A stretch of 64,000 nt of DNA, taken from positions 647 through 64,646 of the forward strand of contig DASSMT010000317.1 in assembly GCA_035688655.1 (NCBI GenBank). The letters are read 5' to 3'. Positions 1-11,103 of this stretch are shown piece by piece. The position numbers were made by a program, and so were the translations under genes. Within the stretch, counting starts at the first letter, position 1. Every line of letters begins with the position of its first letter. The DNA comes from Polyangiaceae bacterium (GTDB taxonomy: Bacteria; Myxococcota_A; Polyangia; Polyangiales; Polyangiaceae). The notes beneath the pieces were generated by a model, which worked only from the letters and a program-made list of their open reading frames with translations, had not been told where the DNA came from and made no database searches.

Positions 1-257
1 ACACCGTGATCGTAGACCGCGACTGCATGGCGGCTCTTGATCCGAGCCGCTGCCTTGGCCTCCGTATCGAAACGCCTCAATGCCTCCGCGCTGCCGGCCA
101 ACTTCGGATGCACGAATTTGATTGCGACCAGCTGATCCAAGCTGACGTGGCGGCCGGCCCACACCGTGCCCATACCGCCCTGACCGATCAAACGCTCCAC
201 CCGGTAGCGACCGGCTATCGTTTTACCCTCGAAGTCAGGCGGAGGCGAGTTGGTCAT
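1..257 (-). CDS. Ser/Thr protein kinase (Hanks type), N-terminal part; runs off window start
   Basis: Own translation of - strand from ATG 257: MTNSPPPDFEGKTIAGRYRVERLIGQGGMGTVWAG...VAIKFVH...RFDTEAKAAARI (Gly loop, VAIK lysine). Missing from the ORF track because it is truncated. Confidence 0.9.
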   Translation of the reverse strand, partial: MTNSPPPDFEGKTIAGRYRVERLIGQGGMGTVWAGRHVSLDQLVAIKFVHPKLAGSAEALRRFDTEAKAAARIKSRHAVAVYDHG

Positions 258-376
258 CGGCAGGGGCGTGCGAAAGCCACAGCTTAGCAAAGCTCTTGGC
301 CGGTTCGGAATTTCCCGGCAAACGAGGCTAAAGTGGGGCCGGCTGAGCCCCAAGCGCGCCCAATACCGAGCCCCGC

Positions 377-1129
377 ATGAAAATTCGCGTCGTCAGTTGG
401 AACATCCACAAAGGAATCGGCGGCGCCGACCGTCGCTACCGACTCGAACGAATCATCGAGGTGCTCCAGGTCCTCGCCCCCGACGTCGCGCTGCTCCAGG
501 AAGTCGCCGAGGACATGCCGCGTTCGCACTTCCACGATCAACCTTCGGCATTGGCCGAGGCGCTGGAGATCAAACACCTGGCATTCGGGCCCGAACACCG
601 CTTTCGCATGGGCGGCTACGGCAACGCCATCTTGAGCCGTTGGCCACTGACCGACATCAGTCGCGTCGATTTGACCATCGGCACCCGCAAGAAGCGCGGC
701 GCGCTGACCGCGCGCGCACACGTGCACGGCCTCGGCCACGAGCGGAGTCTGGTGCTGATCAACATGCACCTCGGCTTGGCCGGTTCGGAACGCGGCCTGC
801 AGCTAGAACGTTTCCTCGCGTCGAAACCGTTCGCGCATTTGCAGCGCCGCACTCCCGTCGTCCTGGGCGGTGACCTGAACGACGTTTGGGGTTCGCTCGG
901 ACCGCGCTACTTGCAGCCCGCGGGCTTCGGTCGCTGCGGGTCGCTCATGAACACGTTTCCTGCTTACCTGCCGGTGCGTCCCCTCGATGGAGTGTTCGTG
1001 CGTGGCGATCTCGAAGCCCGGGGGCTCAGTGTGCCCAAAACCAAGCTCGCCCGACAAGCTTCCGATCACTTGCCCTTGGTGGCCGATTTGAATTTGGTCG
1101 GACTGGAAGCCCAGAGCCAACGGCCCTGA
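377..1129 (+). CDS. Endonuclease/exonuclease/phosphatase (EEP) family protein, YbhP-like
   Basis: SWNIH, LQEV, GDLN, LDGVF and SDHLP motifs. Confidence 0.9.
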   Translation: MKIRVVSWNIHKGIGGADRRYRLERIIEVLQVLAPDVALLQEVAEDMPRSHFHDQPSALAEALEIKHLAFGPEHRFRMGGYGNAILSRWPLTDISRVDLTIGTRKKRGALTARAHVHGLGHERSLVLINMHLGLAGSERGLQLERFLASKPFAHLQRRTPVVLGGDLNDVWGSLGPRYLQPAGFGRCGSLMNTFPAYLPVRPLDGVFVRGDLEARGLSVPKTKLARQASDHLPLVADLNLVGLEAQSQRP

Positions 1130-1175
1130 GAGCCCTCGCCCCCGCCCGAGCGCGTCATGGTAGCCTCGCGCCGCC

Positions 1176-2806
<1,631 letters not shown>

Positions 2807-2810
<4 letters not shown>

Positions 2811-3226
2811 CGCGCGAGCTCGGAAGCGATCTGCGCGGCAAGCTCGGCCCCCTTCACCGGGTCGAGCTTGCCCGCGGGCCAACCCACGCCCAGGCCGGAT
2901 TTCTCGTCCGGCTTGGGGATGATGTGGAAATGCACGTGGGCGATGGCCTGATGCGCCAAGCTCTCGTTGTTCTCGAGCACGTTGAACGCGCTGACGCCGG
3001 TGATGCGCTTGATCGCGCGACACAAGCGGGGCAGCACCCGGCCGATGGCCGCGCTGGATTCGTCCGAGAGGAGATCGAGCGTTTGGACGCGCTCCTTCGG
3101 AATCACCAGCGCGTGGCCGAAGCTCAGCGGTGCGATGTCCAAGAACGCGAGCACCCACTCGTCTTCGTACAGCTTGTGGCAGGGGATTTCGCCTCGTATG
3201 ATTTTGTCGAAAACGGTCTCGGGCAT
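2807..3226 (-). CDS. HIT family nucleotide hydrolase
   Basis: Starts [16 protein letters not shown] at ATG 3226; histidine triad HVHFHIIP. Confidence 0.92.
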
Positions 3227-3292
3227 GGCTCGATCCCTAGCACGCTCCCCGCGCTGGTAGGACGGTCCGCCCCGGCCCAAAGTCGAGACACC

Positions 3293-4198
3293 ATGTTGAA
3301 AGCCAGTAGCGTGCTCGGAAATAGCCAACGCCTCGACGGTGGCGCGATGTTCGGCAACGCGCCGCGCGCACTGTGGAGCCGCTGGGCAGCACCGGACGAG
3401 GCCGGGCGGATCGCCCTCGCCTGCCGAGCCCTGCTGCTGGAAGACGGCACGCGTCGTGTATTGTTCGAGACCGGCATCGGCACTTTTTTCGCACCCGAGC
3501 TGCGCGAGCGCTACGGCGTGGTGGAGACCGAGCACGTCTTGCTGAAATCCCTGGCCGAGCTCGGCATCAGCGATCGCGAAATCGACGTGGTGGTGCTCAG
3601 CCACTTGCATTTCGATCATGCGGGCGGCCTGCTCGCACCGTTTCGGGCGAGCGCGGCTCCGGAGTTGCTGTTTCCACGAGCTCAATTCGTGGTCGGCAAG
3701 CAAGCCTTCGAACGCGCACAGCGTCCCCACCTGCGGGATCGAGCATCTTACATCCCAGAATTGCCCGACCTGCTGCAGCGCTCTGGCCGGTTGCGTTTGA
3801 TCGACACCGAGAGCGATGTCTCCTCCCTACTCGGTGAGCGAGTGCGATTCCGGGAGACCCTGGGTCACACTCCAGGGATGCTGCACGCACGCGTGCTAGG
3901 ACAGCTGGCGCGGCTGTTCTTTGCGGCCGATCTCGTACCGGGAAGCGCCTGGGTGCACTTGCCGATCACGATGGGCTATGACCGCTTCCCCGAACACTTG
4001 ATCGACGAAAAAGCCGAGCTCTTCCCAGAGCTCGTCGAGCGCTGCGAGTTTCTCTTTTTTACGCACGATCCGCGAGTCGCGGCAGCTCGTTTGCGTATGG
4101 AGACCGGTCGCTACCTGCCGAGCCATGAACTGCCGGCATTTCGAGGCTGGGACCTCGACAGCGAGGCGCTACCGGCGACGAGCGCGGCGTCGACCTAG
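3293..4198 (+). CDS. Metallo-beta-lactamase fold hydrolase (YtnP-like)
   Basis: LDGGAMFG, HLHFDH, GHTPG, THDP; start re-assigned to ATG 3293. Confidence 0.88.
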   Translation: MLKASSVLGNSQRLDGGAMFGNAPRALWSRWAAPDEAGRIALACRALLLEDGTRRVLFETGIGTFFAPELRERYGVVETEHVLLKSLAELGISDREIDVVVLSHLHFDHAGGLLAPFRASAAPELLFPRAQFVVGKQAFERAQRPHLRDRASYIPELPDLLQRSGRLRLIDTESDVSSLLGERVRFRETLGHTPGMLHARVLGQLARLFFAADLVPGSAWVHLPITMGYDRFPEHLIDEKAELFPELVERCEFLFFTHDPRVAAARLRMETGRYLPSHELPAFRGWDLDSEALPATSAAST

Positions 4199-5155
4199 CA
4201 CGAGCAGCCCGACCAGCAGCGACAGCAGCGGCTGCGATCGAGCAGCGCGAGCACTGATTGAACAACCGCCGGAGTCGCCGCTGTCGCCGCTGTTGGCGGA
4301 ACCCGTCGCGCCTGCAACGGCACTCGCACCCGAAGCACTGCTGCCGGTGCTGCCAGCTGCGGCGGAAGGCGCGCCCGCCGTGGGCACGCTCGCGCTTCCT
4401 CCGCCGCCCAGGCCAACGCCAGGAGCGCCACCCGCGCCGCCACCCGTTCCGCTGCCCGCGGTGACGGTGGCCGCACCACCTGCGCCGCCCGCGGACGCAC
4501 CAGAGACACCACTGCTGCCCGCGGCATTGCCTGCTCCTCCGCTCGAGCCACCGCCCGCGCCACCAGCAGAGGGATCGAAAATCGGTTTGCTGGTGTCGGC
4601 CGTGATCTTCAGATCGGCGCAGTGGTGATAGAAGAAGCCTGCCTTGTCGCCGTTCGAGGGGTGCTGCGCCATGAACTCGATCACTTGCAGCGTGCACTTG
4701 TCGCAGTTCACGTTGGGCAAGGTGACCTCGCCCGAGAACATGGCCGTGCTGGTGGTATGCGGCCACAAATTGTCGGCGAGCACCGGGAAGACCGGAGTCG
4801 TTTCGTAATCAGCCGTCGCCGACATCGCGGTCTTGTTCGTGGGCAGCAAGACCATGCCGTTCGCGTCCTTGACCACGTTGTCGGGCGGCAGCTCGGTGCG
4901 CGACTTGATGGACAGGGCGACGCGATAGAACCCGGGATGGAACACGGTCTCGTTGACCTTCAGCATCAGCTTGCTGCCGCCCATCACCGGAGTGACGACG
5001 TTGGAAGGCATGTCCGTGGGTCCGCACGGCGGATCACCCTTGCCGCCATTGGTCGAATTCGAGGCTGGTGGCGGCGCGATCAACGTGAAGTGAGCGCGAG
5101 CAGTCGCCGGCAGCGCGAGCAACGAAAGGACCAAGACCAGCACGGACGGACGCAT
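4169..5155 (-). CDS. SCE4755-like polysaccharide-monooxygenase-like secreted protein with G/A/S linker and MYXO-CTERM anchor
   Basis: Signal peptide ...ATARA|H gives mature His1; second His in FHPGFYR; CDKCTLQ and YHHCAD; C-terminal GGCS-hydrophobic-RRRARRR. Confidence 0.78.
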   Translation of the reverse strand: MRPSVLVLVLSLLALPATARAHFTLIAPPPASNSTNGGKGDPPCGPTDMPSNVVTPVMGGSKLMLKVNETVFHPGFYRVALSIKSRTELPPDNVVKDANGMVLLPTNKTAMSATADYETTPVFPVLADNLWPHTTSTAMFSGEVTLPNVNCDKCTLQVIEFMAQHPSNGDKAGFFYHHCADLKITADTSKPIFDPSAGGAGGGSSGGAGNAAGSSGVSGASAGGAGGAATVTAGSGTGGGAGGAPGVGLGGGGSASVPTAGAPSAAAGSTGSSASGASAVAGATGSANSGDSGDSGGCSISARAARSQPLLSLLVGLLVLGRRRARRR

Positions 5156-5316
5156 CGAAACCTCCGGAAGAGCAAGCGTTCTGCAAACTCTAGCGAGATC
5201 CGACGCCCTGCCAATCAAAGCTTCGCGTCAGCGACCACGATTGTTGGCCCAAGCGATCAGCCGCACGGTCTTTTTTTGCTCGCCCGGTTTTTTTCGGCGC
5301 GTTTCGCGCCGGGCGC

Positions 5317-6960
5317 TCACGCTCCCAGCGCGGCGCTCACGATCTTTCGGGCTTCCTCCAGGATCAGGTCCAAATGTGCGGGCCCTTTGAAGCTCTCCGC
5401 GTAGATCTTGTAGACATTTTCGGTGCCTGAGGGCCGCGCAGCGAACCAGCCGTTTTCGCTGACGACTTTCAAACCACCGATGGCCGCATCATTGGCGGGG
5501 GCGCGCGTCAGCTTGCGCAAAATGGGCTCGCCGGCGAGCGTGCTCGCGCTCACCGACTCTGGAGACAGCTTCTTCAGCAACGCTTTTTGCGCCGGCGTCG
5601 CGGCTTGGTCGACGCGCGTGTAGTACGGCGTCCCGAACTCACGGCTGAGCTCCTGATAGTGCTGGCCCGGATCTTTACCGGTGACCGCCGTGATCTCGGC
5701 CGCGAGCAGGTTGAGGATGATGCCGTCTTTGTCAGTCGTCCACGCGCCGCCGTTCTTGCGCAAGAAGCTCGCGCCCGCGCTCTCCTCTCCGCCGAAGCCG
5801 AAAGAGCCATCGACGAGGCCATCGACGAACCATTTGAATCCGACCGGTACTTCCTTGAGTGGACGTCCGATCGAGTCGACCACGCGATCGATCAATGAAC
5901 TGCTGACCAAGGTCTTGCCGACCGCGGCGTTCGGAGACCACCCGGGGCGATGCGTGAATAGGTAGCGAATGGCCACCGCCAGGTAGTGATTCGGATTCAT
6001 CAGACCCGCCGACGGCGTGACGATGCCGTGGCGATCCGAATCCGGATCATTTCCGAACGCGATGTCGTACTTGTCTTTCAGGCTCACGAGCTTCGCCATC
6101 GCGTACGGACTCGAGCAATCCATGCGAATTTTGCCGTCGTGGTCCACGGTCATGAACGAAAAACGCGCGTCCACCGCAGGGTTCACCACGGTGAGGTCGA
6201 GCCCGTATTTGTCGGCGATGCGCGACCAATACGCGACGCTCGCGCCGCCCAAAGGATCGGCACCCAAGCGCAGCTTGGCAGCGCGGATCGCATCCAGATC
6301 GACGACATTGACCAGATCGGCCACGTAGGCGGCGGCAAAGTCTTGCTCGTGCGTCGTGCTCGCGCGCTTGGCGGCCTCGTAACCGATGCGCTTCACTGCC
6401 GCGTTGTTCTCGCGCAACAGCGCGTTGGCGCGATCCTGCACCCAACCGGTCACGTCGGTGTCCGCAGGACCTCCGTGGGGCGGATTGTATTTGAACCCGC
6501 CATCGCGCGGCGGGTTGTGCGACGGCGTGATCACGATGCCGTCCGCGAGCCGAGCGGGTCGCCCCGCGTTGAACGCCAGAATGGCATGCGAGATCCCCGG
6601 CGTCGCCGTGTAGCCGCCGCCAGCTTGAAGGATCGTCTCTACGCCATTGGCCGCGAGCACTTCGAGCGCGGTGCGTTCGGCGGGTTCCGAAGCCGCGTGC
6701 GTATCACGCCCGATATAGAGCGGACCCGTAATCCCCTGCGCTGCGCGGTACTCGCAGATGGCCTGCGTCGTGGCCAAGATGTGGGCTTCATTGAAGCTAC
6801 CGTCTTCGGCGGAGCCGCGGTGGCCACTCGTACCGAAGCTGACCTGTTGCTCTGGATTGGCCGCGTCGGGACGCACGCCGTAGTAGGCCGCGACGAGCTT
6901 TTCCGGATCGATGAGGATGTCGGCGGGGGCCGGTTTACCGGCCAAAGGGTGCAGGGCCAT
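5317..6960 (-). CDS. pgm: Phosphoglucomutase (alpha-D-glucose-1,6-bisphosphate dependent)
   Basis: [33 protein letters not shown]. Confidence 0.96.
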   Translation of the reverse strand: MALHPLAGKPAPADILIDPEKLVAAYYGVRPDAANPEQQVSFGTSGHRGSAEDGSFNEAHILATTQAICEYRAAQGITGPLYIGRDTHAASEPAERTALEVLAANGVETILQAGGGYTATPGISHAILAFNAGRPARLADGIVITPSHNPPRDGGFKYNPPHGGPADTDVTGWVQDRANALLRENNAAVKRIGYEAAKRASTTHEQDFAAAYVADLVNVVDLDAIRAAKLRLGADPLGGASVAYWSRIADKYGLDLTVVNPAVDARFSFMTVDHDGKIRMDCSSPYAMAKLVSLKDKYDIAFGNDPDSDRHGIVTPSAGLMNPNHYLAVAIRYLFTHRPGWSPNAAVGKTLVSSSLIDRVVDSIGRPLKEVPVGFKWFVDGLVDGSFGFGGEESAGASFLRKNGGAWTTDKDGIILNLLAAEITAVTGKDPGQHYQELSREFGTPYYTRVDQAATPAQKALLKKLSPESVSASTLAGEPILRKLTRAPANDAAIGGLKVVSENGWFAARPSGTENVYKIYAESFKGPAHLDLILEEARKIVSAALGA

Positions 6961-7052
6961 CGCCGGTCAGAGTAGCCACGCCTTCCGCGATTTTGGAAGC
7001 AGGGCCGCGCGTTCAGGCTGGGGAATTCCTTGCGCACGCTCGGCTATTCAGC

Positions 7053-7080
7053 GGGGCCCCAGCCTTTGTTTTGGGGCCCC
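7053..7080. terminator. GC-rich inverted repeat downstream of the hsp20 pair
   Basis: GGGGCCCCAG-N8-TTGGGGCCCC; no clear U tract. Confidence 0.4.
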
Positions 7081-7125
7081 AACCCCGAAAAAGGATCGGC
7101 ATGACTCCGAAACGTGCGGGTCGCT

Positions 7126-7461
7126 TCAGGAGCTCTGAACTTCGATCCGTCGGGGGCGAAACGCAGCACTCTTGGCGAGGTGCACGCGCAACACGCCGTT
7201 GGTGTACTCCGCCTTGACTCGCTCCGGGTCGATGCGTTCATCGATGCGGAAAGTGCGCGTGTAGACCGTCGGCTTGTCCGGCGAGCCTTGCAGCTTTGCC
7301 TCGATGCGAAACTCCGGCAAATCGACGTGGACGCCGATCTCGTTCGGATCGAGCCCCGGCACGTCGGCGACGACCAGTAACTCCGCCTCATTCTCGAAAA
7401 TGTCGACGTTCGGCGTCAGCTCGCGCGCCGGACGGGTTTTCTCTTGGGTTTGCGTGCTCAT
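7126..7461 (-). CDS. Hsp20/alpha-crystallin small heat shock protein
   Basis: PNVDIFE, ADVPG, RTFRI...AEYTNGVLRVHL. Confidence 0.9.
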   Translation of the reverse strand: MSTQTQEKTRPARELTPNVDIFENEAELLVVADVPGLDPNEIGVHVDLPEFRIEAKLQGSPDKPTVYTRTFRIDERIDPERVKAEYTNGVLRVHLAKSAAFRPRRIEVQSS

Positions 7462-7498
7462 CTTTGCTTCTCCCTTCTCGCTCGAAATGCGGGTCGGC

Positions 7499-7957
7499 TC
7501 AGGCCGTAGCCGAAACGGTCACTCGCTTGGGTTGCGCTTCGACTGCCTTGGGCAAGGTCAGCGTGAGCACGCCTTGCTTGAGCGATGCCTGAACCTTTTC
7601 GGTGTCGATGCGCGCGGGCAGCTCGTAACTCTGGGTAAACGAGAAGCCCTGACGCTCACGACGATGAGTCGTATAGCCCTCCGGCACTTCCACCTTGCGC
7701 GCAGCCTTCAGCGTCAGAGTGTTGGCCGTGACGCTGATGTCCACGTCTTTTTCAGTCAGCCCGGGCAAGTCCACGCGCAAGGTCAACGCCTCGGCGCTGT
7801 CGTTGAAACTGACGGCGGGCGTGCTCGCTGCCGCGAATGACGGAGCTCGCTCCAAATCACCGAACAAGCGATCGAGCTCGCGGCGGAGCGACGCTACTGG
7901 CAGGCCACGAGACGGCCGGAATGCGGGAAACCCACGATCACTGAAACGAACGAGCAT
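7499..7957 (-). CDS. Hsp20/alpha-crystallin small heat shock protein
   Basis: RBS AGGAGG before ATG 7957; VDLPG, ASLKQGVLTLTLPK. Confidence 0.9.
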   Translation of the reverse strand: MLVRFSDRGFPAFRPSRGLPVASLRRELDRLFGDLERAPSFAAASTPAVSFNDSAEALTLRVDLPGLTEKDVDISVTANTLTLKAARKVEVPEGYTTHRRERQGFSFTQSYELPARIDTEKVQASLKQGVLTLTLPKAVEAQPKRVTVSATA

Positions 7958-8216
7958 GACCAAATCCTCCTGTTGATGTGGACGACGATTGCGCCCCGGA
8001 AGGCAGGCACCCGCCGGCAGTGGCTGAAAGGAGCCATCTGCCAGGTCGCGAGAACCGCGCTTTGCGCCGGGAACGCAAAGAAACTGTGCATCCCCCCCGC
8101 CGCTGACAAGGGGACCCGACACCAAAAAAACGCCGCCAGCCGCCGGCCCCCCCTCAAACCCTTTGAGCTGCCGGCGGGACTGCCCGTAAAGTCCGGCCCG
8201 AAAGGAGCCCCCCAGC

Positions 8217-8660
8217 ATGCCCATCCTGAGCGAAGGTGCGACTGCCCCGAACTTCAGCCTGCACACCGACCAAGGCGTGAAAGTCACACTGTCGGCCCTG
8301 CAGGACAAGCCCTTGGTGCTGTTTTTCTACCCCAAGGACGACACCCCAGGCTGCACAATCGAGTGCAAAGAGTTCCGCGATGCGCGCGCGGAATTCGTGC
8401 ACAAGGCGCACGTGTTCGGCATCAGTCCGGATGACGTGGCCAGCCACCAGGCCTTTCGCGACAAGTACGCGCTCAATTTTCCGCTGCTCTCCGACCCTGG
8501 GCACGAGGTCGCCAGTCAGTTCGGCGTGTGGGGGCCGAAGAAGAACGGCGGAGAAGGCATTCACCGCACCACGTTCGTGATCCGTGACGGCAAGATCGCG
8601 CGCGTGTTCAGCGACGTGAAGCCCGAAGGTCACGCGGCCGAAGTGCTGGGCACACTCTGA
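8217..8660 (+). CDS. bcp: Peroxiredoxin, BCP/PrxQ type
   Basis: FYPKDDTPGCT, GISPD, LLSDP, RTTFVI. Confidence 0.9.
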   Translation: MPILSEGATAPNFSLHTDQGVKVTLSALQDKPLVLFFYPKDDTPGCTIECKEFRDARAEFVHKAHVFGISPDDVASHQAFRDKYALNFPLLSDPGHEVASQFGVWGPKKNGGEGIHRTTFVIRDGKIARVFSDVKPEGHAAEVLGTL

Positions 8661-8671
8661 CTGCGAAGCTA

Positions 8672-9451
8672 GTGACCGAATCTCTGCATGTGCGCCCGAT
8701 TGGCGTGGTGCGCTCGCCGTTCAAGGAGCGCGTCGATGCACCGCGCCAGCCCATTTTGGCTCGCGGTGTCGAAGGGACGATCGAGCTTTTTGGCGGACGG
8801 AATTTGGACCAAGCGCTGGAGGACATTCAGGGCTTCGACCACATTTGGGTCTTGTTCTGGTTTCACCTCAACAAAACCTGGAAGCCCAAAGTCTCGCCGC
8901 CGCGGAGCGGCCTCCGGCGCGGGGTGTTCGCGACGCGCTCCCCCTATCGACCGAATCCCATCGGCATGAGCGTGGTCCAGCTCTGTAAAGTCGAAGGCCT
9001 CACGCTCTCGGTCAAGAACCTGGACATCCTCGACGGCTCGCCCGTGCTCGATTTGAAGCCGTACATCGCGTACACCGACAGCGTGCCGGACGCGGCCAGC
9101 GGCTGGTTGGAAGCGCCGAGCGATCCCCAGCCGGACTATGCGGTGGAGTTTGCGCCCCTCGCCCGCGAGCAGCTGAATTATCTCGCCGAAGCGTTCGCGC
9201 TCGAGCTCAGCGAACGCTTCGTGACGGCGCTCCGGCCTGGTCCAGAGCCACAAGCGTTTCGCCGCATTCGCAAAGAGGGCGCCGGCTACGTGATTGCGGT
9301 GAAGGATTGGCGAGCGCGCTTCGTCGCCTTCGAGCGGACGATCACCGTGCTGGAGTTTCGCACCGGTCACCGACCACAAGTGCTCGCCACGACGGACGAC
9401 CCGGCGCTCGACGCGCATCGCGGCTTCGTGACTCGATTCGGACGGGGCTGA
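8672..9451 (+). CDS. trmO: tRNA t6A37 N6-methyltransferase TrmO/TsaA with C-terminal extension
   Basis: IGVVRSPF, GVFATRSPYRPNPIG, DGSPVLDLKPY. Confidence 0.88.
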   Translation: MTESLHVRPIGVVRSPFKERVDAPRQPILARGVEGTIELFGGRNLDQALEDIQGFDHIWVLFWFHLNKTWKPKVSPPRSGLRRGVFATRSPYRPNPIGMSVVQLCKVEGLTLSVKNLDILDGSPVLDLKPYIAYTDSVPDAASGWLEAPSDPQPDYAVEFAPLAREQLNYLAEAFALELSERFVTALRPGPEPQAFRRIRKEGAGYVIAVKDWRARFVAFERTITVLEFRTGHRPQVLATTDDPALDAHRGFVTRFGRG

Positions 9452-9458
9452 CGCGCGC

Positions 9459-10934
9459 TCAGCGCCAACCGCGGAGCACCGTCAGCGCTTCGGCGTTCAG
9501 CGAGACCGCGCGCGCCTCGCTGTCTGCCTCGGTATAGCAGCGCAGCTCCGGTGCGTTGCCGGACGCGCGCAAATGCACCACTTCGTCCGACGCGAAGGTC
9601 ACGCGCAAGCCGTCGACCGTGGACACGCTCGCGACCTCACCGAAGGCCGGAAACGCCGCGGCAATCGCCTCCGCGCCACCTTGCGTCAAGGCGCCGAGCC
9701 GCTCCTTGGACAGCGCGGTCGGGAAATCTTCCAACCGGTCACTGGCGGTGAAGCGCTGCGGCAAGCTCGAAAGCAGGCGCGAAATACTCGTCTTCGCGCG
9801 ACGAGCGCTGAGCAACACCGAAAGATGCACGAGCAGTGCGTCGCGCGTGGGCAGCGCCGGCAGCCGCCCAGCGAGCTCGAAATCGCTCCCGGTGAGGAAT
9901 CCGCCGTTCGCCTCGTAGCCCACGACCTTTTCGCCCGGGCCGAGCGCGGCATTCATGGCCTCGATCACGTAGGGAGAGCCGATGCGCGTGCGCACCACAC
10001 GCCGAAACGCGCCGCTCTTCTCGACGGCGGTGTTGCAGCTCACGGGCGCAGCCACGAAGGTCGCGCCCAAGAATTTCGCGGTCACGATGCCCGCGATGTC
10101 CCCGCGCAGCCATTTGCCCTGCTCATCGCTGACCAGCGGTCGATCACTGTCGCCGTCCGTCGAAACGATGGCATCGAACCGATGTTCTGTAGCCCAACGC
10201 GCAGCGGAGGCGACGTCTTCGGGTCGGATTGCCTCGGTGTCGACCGGAATGAAGGCTTCCGACCGGCCGAGGCGCGTCACCTGCGCGCCGAGCCCGCTCA
10301 GCACCTCGAATACGATGTCGCGCCCGACCGCGGAATGTTCGAACAAGCCGATGTGCGCGCCGCTCAGCGCGCCTTCGTCAAAGGCTTCGAAGTACCGCTG
10401 CACGTAGCGGCGTTCGATCTCGGACAGCACCGCCGGTTCGACCCGTTGCGCGCTAGGCAAAGTGGCGCCCTTGGCATCGAAATCCGGCGGCAGCTCGACG
10501 ACCTGCTCTTTCATGCCGGGTTCGTCGCGCTTGAGCAGCTCGCTCTTGGGACGATAGAACTTGATGCCGTTGCGATCGTCCGGGATATGACTGCCCGTCA
10601 CCATGATCGAAGGGATCTTCTGCTCGAAACCGTACAGTGCGACGGCCGGCGTCGGCACGCGCCCGCCGTTGACCGGGAGGCTACCGTGATCGGCGATTGC
10701 CTTCATCACCGCGCGCATGATGCGCGGCGTGCTCAAGCGCAGATCGCCGGCGACGGCGACGCGCCCGCCTCGTAGGCTCTCTCCCTCACGCTCCAGGTAT
10801 TGCAGGAAGCCGCGGGTGTACGTGTAACAAACCTCGTCAGTCATAGCGACCACGAGGCCGCGCGCGCCGCTCGTGCCGAAGGCCACGCCGCTTTGATCCA
10901 TTGCTTCTGCGATCGAGATTCTGCCAGCCGCCAT
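9459..10934 (-). CDS. manB: Phosphomannomutase
   Basis: FGTSGARG, TGSHIP, DGDSDR, GYEANGG, RASGNAPELRCY. Confidence 0.88.
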   Translation of the reverse strand: MAAGRISIAEAMDQSGVAFGTSGARGLVVAMTDEVCYTYTRGFLQYLEREGESLRGGRVAVAGDLRLSTPRIMRAVMKAIADHGSLPVNGGRVPTPAVALYGFEQKIPSIMVTGSHIPDDRNGIKFYRPKSELLKRDEPGMKEQVVELPPDFDAKGATLPSAQRVEPAVLSEIERRYVQRYFEAFDEGALSGAHIGLFEHSAVGRDIVFEVLSGLGAQVTRLGRSEAFIPVDTEAIRPEDVASAARWATEHRFDAIVSTDGDSDRPLVSDEQGKWLRGDIAGIVTAKFLGATFVAAPVSCNTAVEKSGAFRRVVRTRIGSPYVIEAMNAALGPGEKVVGYEANGGFLTGSDFELAGRLPALPTRDALLVHLSVLLSARRAKTSISRLLSSLPQRFTASDRLEDFPTALSKERLGALTQGGAEAIAAAFPAFGEVASVSTVDGLRVTFASDEVVHLRASGNAPELRCYTEADSEARAVSLNAEALTVLRGWR

Positions 10935-11103
10935 GATCCGAATTTATACACGCGGGCGGTACTCGGGCCCAGCGCGGGACGGCCTTGGCTCGGCAATTTT
11001 TCACGCATGGACGATTTTGGGGGAGACCGCCGGCCGCAAAAGCGTCACGCTCAGGGGGCCTCAATTTGCGCCCGGAACGCGCGTTTCATTCCCTTGGACA
11101 AGC

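Noticed and set aside
6-287. + strand ORF 6-287 and the many long overlapping ORFs in the track (e.g. 1992-3158, 17008-18492, 49651-51693, 51743-52960)
   Set aside because: Antisense or alternate-frame shadows of real genes, expected in high-GC DNA.
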